A DNA stretch of 63,742 bases, filler included, from Stramenopiles sp. TOSAG23-2 (taxonomy: Eukaryota): NCBI GenBank assembly GCA_900128395.1. It is 22 parts of 22 records of this genome, joined end to end, with 100 filler letters (N's around TTAATTAATTAA, not from the genome) between each part and the next. Parts side by side here need not be neighbours in the genome. Positions count along the whole stretch, not along the records: positions 47,888 to 50,762 come from LT651484.1; positions 50,863 to 53,733 come from LT651485.1; positions 53,834 to 56,703 come from LT651486.1; positions 56,804 to 59,673 come from LT651487.1; positions 59,774 to 62,642 come from LT651488.1; 17 more parts are not named here. The stretch is one strand, 5' to 3'. Below are positions 48,912 through 59,861 of this stretch, one piece after another. How positions within the stretch are numbered: position 1 is the first letter of the stretch; each line of letters opens with the position of its first letter. The position numbers and the translations under genes were made by a program. A model generated the notes under the pieces. The model saw only the letters and a program-made list of their open reading frames with translations, did not search any database and had not been told where the DNA came from.

Positions 48912-49877
48912 ATGGATGATTATGGTGGTGGTTACGGCGGCGGTGGTAGTTATGGTGGCGGGTATGGTGGTGGATACGATGCAAACGCAAATCAAGGTCA
49001 ACAAAATGCATATGGTGGAGGACAACAAAACAATGGATATGGTGGTGGCGGCGGGAGAGGAGGTGGATTTGTATCACCGCAAGGATCTAATGCTAATTCA
49101 TCGCAACAAGGTAAACGTGAGGAAGTAACCGCACGCACAGTCACGTTGCGTCAAGTTAAAAACAGTAAAAAATCCGATTCTAGCGACAAGTTTCAAATAG
49201 ACGGTCAAGATGTTAACCAAGTTGTTTTTGTTGGTTTGGTTTTATCAAAGGAAGATAAAAGTACACATCAAATGTTTGAGATCGAAGATGGCACCGGTAG
49301 AATGAAAGTTAAAAAATGGAATAATCGCGATGACGATGGATCCGAACAATCCGAGGCTCAAAATCCTGATGCCGTAGGTGCATGGATGATACGCGAGGGC
49401 GATTATGTTTGTGTTCAAGCGCAACTAAAAGATTTTGATGGTACAAAACAAATTAATGCACACGGTATACGTCCAATACGTGGTGATTTCAATGAGGTTA
49501 TGCATTATCAACTTCAAGCTATTTACGAACATTTATATTTTACCAAAGGTCCTTTGCCAGATCCAAAAAATCCAAATGCAAGTACCGGTGTGGGTAACTT
49601 AAATGCTATGAAAAACGGTGTCAGCGGTTTAGGTAGTCGCGGACCAGCAGTAACAGCAAATAATAATTCTGGTGTAACAGAGAAAATTGTAGAAATTATT
49701 CGTAAATCAAATGATGGGAGTGGCGAAGGTGTATCGATCAATACGATACAAAATGAATTATCCAAAACAGGATTTGATGTTAAAACTTTGCGTCGCGTTG
49801 TTGCTGACATGTGTGATGATGGTTTATTATATTCAACTGTTGATGATGATCATTTTGAAACTACTACAGCTGATTAA
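48912..49877 (+). CDS. RPA2: Replication protein A 32-kDa subunit
   Basis: GGGFVSPQ N-terminus, OB fold (VTLRQV...IEDGTGRM...FNEVMHYQLQAIYEH) and winged-helix C-terminus GLLYSTVDDDHF. Confidence 0.95.
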   Translation: MDDYGGGYGGGGSYGGGYGGGYDANANQGQQNAYGGGQQNNGYGGGGGRGGGFVSPQGSNANSSQQGKREEVTARTVTLRQVKNSKKSDSSDKFQIDGQDVNQVVFVGLVLSKEDKSTHQMFEIEDGTGRMKVKKWNNRDDDGSEQSEAQNPDAVGAWMIREGDYVCVQAQLKDFDGTKQINAHGIRPIRGDFNEVMHYQLQAIYEHLYFTKGPLPDPKNPNASTGVGNLNAMKNGVSGLGSRGPAVTANNNSGVTEKIVEIIRKSNDGSGEGVSINTIQNELSKTGFDVKTLRRVVADMCDDGLLYSTVDDDHFETTTAD

Positions 49878-50658
49878 AACGGAATCGAAGAAGATATATA
49901 ATATATATGACATCATATCACATCATACATATTATATCGATATGTCATTATATATATATATATATATATATTTATATAATATATGAGTAAGAGAAAAGTA
50001 TATATATAACTTAGATTTCAACCATCAATATATATATATATATGATATGATATGTTGCCATATACACACAAAGGGAAATAGGGAGGGAGAAATGCACCGA
50101 GGAGGGGTGGGGTGGGGCATGTTTGCTGTTTTTAAAAACATTAAAAATTAATACACAATATTTTTTCGTGGTGTGTAATTGTGATATCATAAAAATACAA
50201 CATGTGTAACACGCGTATGGTATGAGATACTCGTATGATTTATATATATATATGTATCATTTTAGTATTACGATACACTCTCAAAAATAAAATAAAACTC
50301 TTTAAAATACATATATATATCGAGATATATTTACGAAGAGTATCATATATATATATTTCTCGCGATTGAGTATTGAGCATATATTACTTTAACACGAGAA
50401 GTGTAAAAATATTATAACTTAGATTTTAACCATCATTTATATAAAATGCACTTTACTTTCAACTTTCAAGCCGTATATATAGCTAATACATTTAGTTTAT
50501 TTATGTACGCGCTTCATACCGAGTAGCTACCTCAAGAATGAGGAACTTCATACCCCATCAGTACATTTTTTTCTACATCATGCGTAGTCGTTGATTTTGT
50601 ACGAGGTCGTAATAATGATTTATCTCTTCTTTCTTCTTCACCACATCATGTTCATTTG

Positions 50659-50762
50659 TTAATCAGCATCTTTAGGAGTAGTCTTCTTCTCTTTTTGTTC
50701 ATCGTTTTTTTTCTTTTTCATGACATTTTTACTGCTCTCTTCATCGTTATTATTATTATTTA
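50659..50762 (-). CDS. C-terminal end of an unknown gene convergent on RPA2
   Basis: NNNNNDEESSKNVMKKKKNDEQKEKKTTPKDAD*. The contig breaks in an AAT repeat. Confidence 0.5.
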
Positions 50763-51199
50763 NNNNNNNNNNNNNNNNNNNNNNNNNNNNNNNNNNNNNN
50801 NNNNNNTTAATTAATTAANNNNNNNNNNNNNNNNNNNNNNNNNNNNNNNNNNNNNNNNNNNNTTGGATCAGTCCAGCGTGTTGACATTTGCCATCCTACA
50901 TACAATTTTTCCATATTGATTGTGTGAAGGTTGTTGTTATAAATTGTTTATTATTATTATATGTGTGTATAAATAATATTTAATATATATATATGTGTGT
51001 TATATATATATCGTTAAGAGAATATTATGATCTAAATTGCACGGTTGGATGAATGAATGAATAGTTATTATTCTTAAATCTCCTTGCAAATATATATGTA
51101 ATGACTATGTGTTCACTTTATCCGGTTCTGCATACACTTCTTTTACATTCGTATCTATATATATACAACTTGTATGTTTGTACACCCGTTCATTTTTAA

Positions 51200-51589
51200 G
51201 GTGGTTAAATAAATAATATATATATAGAGATATCATTGCCAATACCAGTACAATTACTAAAAATACAGATAAAGAAATACTTATATTTAAAATATCCATA
51301 TTATAAATATTGTGTATCATCAAATTATAGTGCATATCTTGATCATATGATATTATCTATAAAACGTAATAAACAACTGCGTATTTCCATTTTGGGTGGT
51401 TAAATAAATAATATATATATAGAGATATCATTGCCAATACCAGTACAATTACTAAAAATACAGATAAAGAAATACTTATATTTAAAATATCCATATTATA
51501 AATATTGTGTATCATCAAATTATAGTACATATCTCGATAATATGATATTATCTATAAAACGTAATAAACAACTGCATATTTCCATTTTG
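51200..51589. repeat. 195-bp tandem duplication (about 4 mismatches)
   Basis: Copies at 51200-51394 and 51395-51589. Confidence 0.95.
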
Positions 51590-51823
51590 TTTTTTCATGA
51601 ATTTCTTCTTTTTCTAATATATTCATGATAACAATGATAACTATGTAAAGGATATATCCGGAATGGTGACGTTATTTCCACTAATTATCCTTAATTGGAA
51701 CCGAGCACCGTCTCGGTGTGTATCGGCAATGTCATCGTTTCAAGAACGCGAATATAAAACGACTGGTTTTTGTGGCTGTCTGTAACGTTATACTAGAAGA
51801 ATACGCATGATATTCCCTATCAA

Positions 51824-51967
51824 TACTCCAACCAACCAGAAAATCATATGCAGTCTCCATTCCTAATGGTATGCAATGCTATTTGGGGAAATGATTACTC
51901 CAACCAACCAGAAAATCGGATGCAGTCTCCATTCCTAATGGTATGCAATGCTATTTGGGGAAATGAT
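51824..51967. repeat. 72-bp tandem duplication (2 mismatches)
   Basis: Copies at 51824-51895 and 51896-51967. Confidence 0.95.
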
Positions 51968-52549
51968 CCAGCCGAAGAAATGGGATCGGCTAGAAGCGTG
52001 CAACCAGTTACCAGGCCTTACTGTATGCTGTATAGCTTACGGAGTGTGCCATCATGTGCCACTATAACTATTGTACATACCAGGCACACTGCTGCAATTG
52101 TAATATTTCTGGCCAGGTGTCATAGGGAGAATACGATTGTAAATTAATTAATATATATATTTATATACTACCAACTACAATACCCCTATCCATTTATGTT
52201 ACCGATCTCTTCAATCTCAATCTAAATCATCCTCCTCGTAAATCAGACATGAAATATGAAATTCCACTTTCAAGTATAAAATTATGTAGTCATTTGATAG
52301 GCAGAATCGAAAAATGTCCAATGTCCGGCGCACACATGATTGAAAAATGAATGAAAATCTACTAAAATGTGTTATATTTAATAATAATATTGAAGCAAGC
52401 TGACAACTGACTACGGGGAAAAGAAGAAGATTACAGAGATATTCTTCGTTGTGACATACAGTTTGTATAAGAATTTGAAACGAAGCATATTGTCTCATAA
52501 TTACATATATAATATAACAACAAATAATAATTAATAGAATCATTCAAAC

Positions 52550-52785
52550 GTAATGGCATTAAGACAAGATGGATTTGGAAAATCCAATCGTATTATGCCA
52601 AAAGTCAATGTAGATAAACCAAAAAGTGATGATGAGGAAGATGAGGAAGAAGACCAATATGTAGAAGGTAATGGCATTAAGACAAGATGGATTTGGAAAA
52701 TCCAATCGTATTATGCCAAAAGTCAATGTAGATAAACCAAAAAGTGATGATGAGGAAGATGAGGAAGAAGACCAATATGTAGAAG
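52550..52785. repeat. 118-bp exact tandem duplication of the TAF10 5' end
   Basis: Copies at 52550-52667 and 52668-52785. Confidence 0.95.
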
Positions 52786-53198
52786 CAAATAATAAGAATA
52801 ATAACATACAACAAGTCAAGCAAGTTGAATTATCATTAGAAGGTTTGAAAAGTAAAAAACACGAACAATTGAAAAATAAACCGGATTTAATCAAATTATT
52901 GCATGAGATTGATGATTATCAAATTTTTGTACCCGACTCTGTTGTAAAATATCATTTAGAACGTGCAGGTTGTAATATTGATCCAAATGACCGAAAAATT
53001 GTACGTATAATAGGTTTAGCAGCACAAAAATTTGCAACTACCATAGCAGAGAATGCATTGGAATATAATATAACTAGTGCTGGGAAAAATTCTAAAATTA
53101 CAAATGGTAATCGTACATTAACATTAAGTGATATTTCAAAAGCAGCTGCGGATGAAGATATTAAAATTCATAATTCAAAACGTCCACGATTGAGATGA
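52671..53198 (+). CDS. TAF10: TFIID subunit 10
   Basis: IDDYQIFVPDSVVKYHLERAG...DRKIVRIIGLAAQKFATTIAENALEY...TLTLSDIS is the TAF10 histone-fold signature. Confidence 0.88.
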   Translation: MALRQDGFGKSNRIMPKVNVDKPKSDDEEDEEEDQYVEANNKNNNIQQVKQVELSLEGLKSKKHEQLKNKPDLIKLLHEIDDYQIFVPDSVVKYHLERAGCNIDPNDRKIVRIIGLAAQKFATTIAENALEYNITSAGKNSKITNGNRTLTLSDISKAAADEDIKIHNSKRPRLR

Positions 53199-53364
53199 TC
53201 CAAAAAATATTTCTGAAATTTATAAAAAGTGGTGTTGTCATAAAACTGCACGCGGCTGCGGATGAAGATATTAAAATTCATAATTCAAAACGTCCACGAT
53301 TGAGATGATCCAAAAAATATTTCTGAAATTTATAAAAAGTGGTGTTGTCATAAAACTGCACGCG
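53145..53364. repeat. 110-bp exact tandem duplication of the TAF10 3' end
   Basis: Copies at 53145-53254 and 53255-53364. Confidence 0.95.
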
Positions 53365-53874
53365 CACTCTCTGTGTGTGAAAAGCTATTTTTTTATATTA
53401 AAAATGTGCGCCTAGATGATAAAATGTGGTACGCTTCGTGTACACGTAATTTGTTTTATTATTATTATATTTTTTAAATATTTCATTTTAGTGTGCGTAT
53501 ATATAATGTTTTTATTTTTATTAAAAAAATCATTACTCCTCACTCCCCCTTTCTTTTACCACTCTATGCATTATCTCTTTACGATTCGTACATTTTGAGT
53601 CCATGGGATAAAACGTGTAATATAATATATTTATCTTGAAATTAATAAGTAAAATCTGTACTAATCTTGCCTTCGTACTTTTCATTACCTTTTGTCTCGC
53701 CTTTTCGTTTAATACTATTTCTTCCTGTCTCTTNNNNNNNNNNNNNNNNNNNNNNNNNNNNNNNNNNNNNNNNNNNNTTAATTAATTAANNNNNNNNNNN
53801 NNNNNNNNNNNNNNNNNNNNNNNNNNNNNNNNNCAGAAAAGGGAGAGGAAAGAAAAGGTAAAGGGGAAGAAGAA

Positions 53875-54966
53875 ATGCAACGTATAAATGATACGGAAAC
53901 AAATGAATTAAATAATATTCATGATTTACCGAATTTTTTGCGGTTTATTTTTAAATTTAGTACTGGTAGATGGAGGAATATTAATGCATTTATTCTAGCT
54001 CCTATGGCTCAGGCGGCATTTATGCCAGTATACATACAAATAACTTCATCGCTTCCTCTTGGAATTCTTTTGGCTGCATTTTGGAGTGTAACCAACGCAT
54101 TGTTGTATAAATCCACTCCGGATTTTTCGAAGGGAGTCTTGCTTGATATTATATTAAAGGATGAGAAAAAAACAAAGAAAATTAGTAAAGAAGGGCAATC
54201 TATTATTATTGGTACAACGATATTTATGATATTTGTTATGTATCCATTGATGCTGTATTTTTTCGTGGTTCCATTTGCAAATACAGATAATTTTGGAGAA
54301 AATACTGCTGTTATAACTTATACTTTATTTGTAGTTGGATGCGTTGGACTATTAATGGGCAACGTGATAAGTGCACAACAAAGTTTATTTCCTCAGGTAT
54401 CTACTGCACATGAAGAAAAAATCAAGAGCTATCTTCATCATGTTCGGCGCATAATATTGAATGAAAATTTTGATCAAGAGGATGGTCTGACTATTATTAA
54501 AAAATTGTCAAAAGAACAACAAAAGGTTGAGAAATGGATAAATGGCATAAATAAGAGCACTACATCATTTAATGTTGTTTGCCTTACTGTTATACTTCTT
54601 AACGAATTGCTTGGTTTGATGTTTATTGCAGGTGGAGTTGGAATCGGCACGACACTATTTTTTTCTGCGTTTGTATTCATGTTGACTCTTAACATAATCC
54701 AGTTATTATATGCGTTTGCAAAACCAAACATGATATGGGAACAACAAAAAATTGCATTATTAAATGATGCACAGGTTATTTTAAATTTGAAATTTCCTAG
54801 AGAAAGCTTCAAGGAATGGTTATCGTTGCATAATTTCAATGCAACGAAAGTATTTGGGACAAAAGTAACGTTTGAAAAAATGAAACAAGCAGCTGGATTA
54901 TTTACTTCTATAGTTGGTATTGTATTGTATGTATTGTTGAGAGAGGAACTGAGAGGAATGTTGTGA
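53875..54966 (+). CDS. Seven-TM protein, candidate gustatory-receptor-like 7TM ion channel (7TMIC)
   Basis: Seven hydrophobic segments with a long loop between TM4 and TM5, ending WLSLHNFNATKVFGTKVTFEKMKQAAGLFTSIVGIVLYVLLRE with almost no C-tail. The frame is open upstream to the contig edge. Confidence 0.65.
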   Translation: MQRINDTETNELNNIHDLPNFLRFIFKFSTGRWRNINAFILAPMAQAAFMPVYIQITSSLPLGILLAAFWSVTNALLYKSTPDFSKGVLLDIILKDEKKTKKISKEGQSIIIGTTIFMIFVMYPLMLYFFVVPFANTDNFGENTAVITYTLFVVGCVGLLMGNVISAQQSLFPQVSTAHEEKIKSYLHHVRRIILNENFDQEDGLTIIKKLSKEQQKVEKWINGINKSTTSFNVVCLTVILLNELLGLMFIAGGVGIGTTLFFSAFVFMLTLNIIQLLYAFAKPNMIWEQQKIALLNDAQVILNLKFPRESFKEWLSLHNFNATKVFGTKVTFEKMKQAAGLFTSIVGIVLYVLLREELRGML

Positions 54967-55036
54967 GCATTTCACGTTTTTTTTGTTAACGCGTAATCGT
55001 TTTTAAATTTTATTCAAGATATTATTTTTTAAGATT

Positions 55037-56242
55037 TTACTCATCTTCAGCAATTGTTGATAATCGATTTCTATTTGTTTTATCCTTCGCTATCACTACA
55101 ATTTCAATTGCTCTTCTTGATGATGATTTACCTTTTTCCATTTCATCAATAACATCAACAACAACATTTTTTGGGAATGTTTTTCTGTTGCTACTGCTAT
55201 TATTATTTATTAACATTAACGGTTCATAATATGTACAAACATTTATAAATAATGTATCTTCATACAAATCTTTAAATGTACTTTGATCGTTGTTTGCAAA
55301 ATTTGGTTTGTTGATCGTACGTAAAAACACGTAGAAAAAAAATGCAGCCATAGCTATTCCAGAATGCCATAAAGCATGTAATTGAAAGAACGATGTTGCT
55401 GAATTACTAACACAAATTTTCATAATTTCCTCTGGGAACCAGCTTCCGATGCCAATTAACAAACTAAGTAAAGCCAATGGTATCAATGGAAACGTAAAGT
55501 TTTGGATTTTATTTTTTCTTGTATTGAAAATAATTTTCAATGTCATAATAATAATAACTGTAAATCCAGCGATTAAAATGAAATATGCCATTTGCCACGG
55601 TACAATTTTTGGGATTAAAAGTTTCCATAAAAATGAAACACCATATCCACAAAATAATACTATTATTTGATATATCCATTGATTCTTCTTTTCATTATTA
55701 GTATTAATATCAGCATTATTTTCATCCGTAGTTTTGGTGGCAGATATCAATATTAATAATTGGTATAAAAGCAAAACAAATACGGACCAAAATTGAATGA
55801 AAATCGAGGTAATATCAAGATATCCACCTATACGACATCCTGAACATGCATGGTAAACACCAGAACCAATACAAGAAAATAAACATGAAAGGCTGAAAAA
55901 AAATGATAAATGAGGCTTGCTCCAAATGCCTTTCACTATTGAAATAGTACGTTTCATCTTTTTCATATTTTTCAAATATTTATAATCAAAGTATGTCGCT
56001 AAAGCGGAATATAATGCCGGTATTAACCACGTTAAGTTGGACAATGCATTCATTGGTTGTCTTAATAAATGATCTTCTCTGCCTTTTGCTTTTTCACATC
56101 TTCCATTACTAGCTTTGTTTGCCCATACATTACTTACAGTACTATTAATTATAATTATAATTGTAGGTATTGCTATTAATAATAATATCAACCATGTAGC
56201 AATTCGATATGATTTACGGTTAATTTGATGGTGGCTATTCAT
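55037..56242 (-). CDS. CREST-superfamily membrane hydrolase (alkaline ceramidase-like)
   Basis: CE...LRQPMNALSNL, GSGVYHA (SxxxH), YLDITSI and QLHALWH (HxxWH), with multiple TM segments. Confidence 0.85.
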   Translation of the reverse strand: MNSHHQINRKSYRIATWLILLLIAIPTIIIIINSTVSNVWANKASNGRCEKAKGREDHLLRQPMNALSNLTWLIPALYSALATYFDYKYLKNMKKMKRTISIVKGIWSKPHLSFFFSLSCLFSCIGSGVYHACSGCRIGGYLDITSIFIQFWSVFVLLLYQLLILISATKTTDENNADINTNNEKKNQWIYQIIVLFCGYGVSFLWKLLIPKIVPWQMAYFILIAGFTVIIIMTLKIIFNTRKNKIQNFTFPLIPLALLSLLIGIGSWFPEEIMKICVSNSATSFFQLHALWHSGIAMAAFFFYVFLRTINKPNFANNDQSTFKDLYEDTLFINVCTYYEPLMLINNNSSSNRKTFPKNVVVDVIDEMEKGKSSSRRAIEIVVIAKDKTNRNRLSTIAEDE

Positions 56243-57291
56243 CTATTTTTTTTTACTTTTGATAGTTTTTATAGTGTCGTATTGTTTATTTTCTTTTTTG
56301 TTTACTTGATATTTTCATCTATTGTATCTTTTCTTTCTGTGTGTGTGTGTATTAGAAAGAAAAAGAGGCTTTTTGTGTTTTTTTTTTGTTTTTTGTTGTG
56401 CATCAAAGTGTGCAAGTGCCAAAAACACAAATCGAAAATCTTGAAGTGAAAAAATTTCTGGTCGGTATTATTCTTAAATCCACTTTTAAGTATGAAAAAT
56501 GAGATTTGATAGGAGGATCAGATTTTTTAGGCAGATTTTTTTCAATGCTGAGCCGTTATAAATAAAAATTAAAACTACACAGTATGTGGGAAAATGAGAT
56601 CAAATATTAATCCCACACACACCAAAAAAACTTTTCATATCGCGGCACGGCAAATTTATCCTAACCGACGATTTTGGTACATGGCAATATTTTGATAAAT
56701 TTGNNNNNNNNNNNNNNNNNNNNNNNNNNNNNNNNNNNNNNNNNNNNTTAATTAATTAANNNNNNNNNNNNNNNNNNNNNNNNNNNNNNNNNNNNNNNNN
56801 NNNTGAGTTATTGGAAAAAATTGTGAAAATGGGAATTATCACATGTGAGTAAAAATATATATATATAAAATGTTCTCTTATATATATATACATATCGGGT
56901 TTTGTCTAGAGTAATTGTGATTTGTGAGGCAATTATTTGTGATTAAGGATGCTAAAGAGTTATATAAATTGTAATTTATTAAAACATTTATAAATGTTTT
57001 TTTTAAATTTTCTATCTTCTTTGTTAAAATTTGGCTCAAGTTAAAAAGCTGTTTTGAACTCATAATATTATAATATATTGTTTAACGTACCTGGTATTAT
57101 GTTGTTGTTATTTTAATTTTTTAATTGGGTGATGGTAATGGTAAGACATACGGTAATATAAATAATATATACCAGTGACATATATAAAAATACATATAGT
57201 AATATACAAGATCAATAATTGAAGGTAAAACATTAAAAAATAAACAAAATAAATAATACCTTTGAGGAAGTAGAGAAACATTATTAAAATC

Positions 57292-58275
57292 ATGGGAAAT
57301 TCGATGTCGTCTGGTTTCAATATATATGCATTATTCTATATAGTTGAAAGTGCAGCTCAATTGGCAAGAAGACCATTACCTCCAATGACAATTAATTTAG
57401 TAGGTTTTAATGGGATATTAAAAATATTAGAATATTTATTTAGCAAAAAATTATTATCAATCTACGAATATAGTGTTTTGCCGGCATATGCATTGGATCA
57501 TTATTTTCTCACATCATCGTTGTTTTTATCGAATTTAATTCATGCAGATTTAATGCATTTTTTAACAAATAGTCTTTCCATATTACAAGTTGCATCTTTA
57601 ATGGAAAGATTTATGCGTCCTGTACAATATTTAAAATGTTTATTTTATAGCTCATTGGTACCCAATATTTTTCTCGTTTCGTTAACAAAAGTAATATCAA
57701 CAATAAGCGACAGGTCGTATGGACGATTGTACTATCGCACTTTGTACTATGGCCAAACCTCGCAAATATTTTGCCTTAGCACCATATTGCAATTTCAATA
57801 TTTAACACATATGAATGCATATACAATGATATTTGGTTTCAGAGTTCCTTCACATTATGCAGTTTGGATTGAATTATTGATCAATCAATTATTAGTCCCT
57901 GTCCCTATTGTATCGCATTTTTCTGGATTGCTTGCAGGTTTATTTTATGTATATTTTATGCCAAATATTAATATTGAAAGGACTGATTTTGGTATTGCAG
58001 TTGGCAATTTGTTGCAATATGTAAGAAGGAAATTAGCAATACTTTTTGGATATAACAATAATAATTACGGTCGTAATAATAATAGTCGTAATAACACTGG
58101 CTCATGGGCTACTCATATGGAAGGTGCAACGAATGGTGGTTATGTAAACAATCGATTAAGTGCAAGAATACATAATACATCTAGGCATATTGCCCCAAAT
58201 CAACAACAAGAACAATTATCTAGAGAAGAAATTAGACGTCGCCGTTTGTTAAGATTGGATTCTAATTCTAATTAG
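57292..58275 (+). CDS. Rhomboid-family protein, RHBDL4/RHBDD1-like, with an altered active-site motif
   Basis: PPMT, LIHADLMHFLTNSLS, AVWIELLINQLLVP and SHFSGLLAGL. C-terminal SREEIRRRRLLRLD resembles the p97-binding VBM. Confidence 0.8.
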   Translation: MGNSMSSGFNIYALFYIVESAAQLARRPLPPMTINLVGFNGILKILEYLFSKKLLSIYEYSVLPAYALDHYFLTSSLFLSNLIHADLMHFLTNSLSILQVASLMERFMRPVQYLKCLFYSSLVPNIFLVSLTKVISTISDRSYGRLYYRTLYYGQTSQIFCLSTILQFQYLTHMNAYTMIFGFRVPSHYAVWIELLINQLLVPVPIVSHFSGLLAGLFYVYFMPNINIERTDFGIAVGNLLQYVRRKLAILFGYNNNNYGRNNNSRNNTGSWATHMEGATNGGYVNNRLSARIHNTSRHIAPNQQQEQLSREEIRRRRLLRLDSNSN

Positions 58276-58616
58276 AAGTGGTGACGAGAGATATTAAAAG
58301 TTTGATATGAGATGTGTGTTTTTATTAAAAACAAGGAATTAAAATTTGACGAAAATTATTTATTTTCCTCAACGGAAATTGTGTGCGTGCGTATTTTTTA
58401 ATTTTTTATAAAATCCCTTTTTGTCAAAATATTAAAAAAATGGTTTTTGAGAGTGTGTTTAAACACTCTCCGGGTAAATGTGTCATGAAGAGAGGGAGGC
58501 TTGGACATACATTTAAAATTTACTTCCCGTATATATAATATTTTTTAAAAAAAATAGTTTTTTTATTTTACACATTTAACACACACTCTCCTGTGTAAAA
58601 AAATGTAAATAAAATT

Positions 58617-59354
58617 TTATGCAGCAATTGTGAAATATGTCAATCCAACTCCTTCCATCTTATGTAAAGTACTAAAAGTAGCCACATCAAAACTTGCTCT
58701 TGATAGTTTAGAAAATTCAGAAAGTGCAACTTTACCAGCAGTTTGATGAGCAATTAAAACTATATAACGATGTACACCAGATGGAGGATTTGGTGGATAA
58801 TACGAGATTAAATTATTACCATCTTTCATAAAATTATTTGCATTAATGGATGATTTAATATCTTTTTCCCCTTCAATATTGACTTGAAGGAAATGGATAA
58901 AACTTGGATTCGGCGCATCAGGGTCGATTAAAAATATGGAAAAAAAACCTTTTGCGTGAGGATAAAAATCAATAGCTGGCATTGCTTTCACCAAACCTTT
59001 GTCATATGATTTACCTAGTACAATGATTGAAGGCCCGTAACTGATTGCTATGTGCGTTTTTGGGGTGAATGGAATCACATGCATGGATGAATAAATTTCG
59101 CCTTTTAATAATGCAATCTTCTCCAATCCTTCTTCATTTTTAAAGTCACAGAAAAAGACAGAAGTTGGAAGAGATGTTGCATGTATTGTTTGCAGACATG
59201 CACTGGGCACAGCTTTTGATTTACACCAAACACACCCTTCCTTCGTACCACACGTAATCGGATCTTTGTTACCAGAGCACGTATCTCCTGCTTCAATATT
59301 ATCTCCAAATGAGAGAAATGTTAATGTTATCAATAATAAATATTTTTTCATCAT
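58617..59354 (-). CDS. Secreted PEBP-family protein with an N-terminal small Cys-rich domain
   Basis: Signal peptide, then CxxxxxxxxC...GCVWCKSKAVPSAC...LPTSVFFC. PEBP motifs LIDPDAP, FIHFL and YYPPNPPSGVHRYIVL. Confidence 0.85.
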   Translation of the reverse strand: MMKKYLLLITLTFLSFGDNIEAGDTCSGNKDPITCGTKEGCVWCKSKAVPSACLQTIHATSLPTSVFFCDFKNEEGLEKIALLKGEIYSSMHVIPFTPKTHIAISYGPSIIVLGKSYDKGLVKAMPAIDFYPHAKGFFSIFLIDPDAPNPSFIHFLQVNIEGEKDIKSSINANNFMKDGNNLISYYPPNPPSGVHRYIVLIAHQTAGKVALSEFSKLSRASFDVATFSTLHKMEGVGLTYFTIAA

Positions 59355-59861
59355 TTTTTTAATTTTATATAATGATAATAATCGTATAATTTTTTTTTTT
59401 GTACGACAGTAATATGTTATAATGATTAGCTTTGATCAATGCTGTGCTTTAACGGGTGGTGGGGATTGCATCCACGCTGCTGAATTATTATGGGTTGTTG
59501 ATCTAATTATTTATATATAACTATATCGTAAATTTCATTTATTATTATTATTTATATTTGCACATTTACCAGTTTACTATTATTTTCATCATAGTGCCAT
59601 ATACATTTTTTAACCAAAAAAATCACGTCGTGGCTTATTCAGTCTAGAGCACCAATCTACTTTGGGTACTTGGNNNNNNNNNNNNNNNNNNNNNNNNNNN
59701 NNNNNNNNNNNNNNNNNTTAATTAATTAANNNNNNNNNNNNNNNNNNNNNNNNNNNNNNNNNNNNNNNNNNNNCGTACTTCGAATATATATATATTAAAT
59801 TTCTTACGTACTCCGAGTACTGTTTAAAATGCGTTTTGTCGGTATCAAATTCTTCCTGTTT

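Noticed and set aside
51105-52147. Small ORFs as viral or pseudogene remnants
   Set aside because: No recognisable motif in any frame, and the ORFs are partly produced by the tandem duplications.
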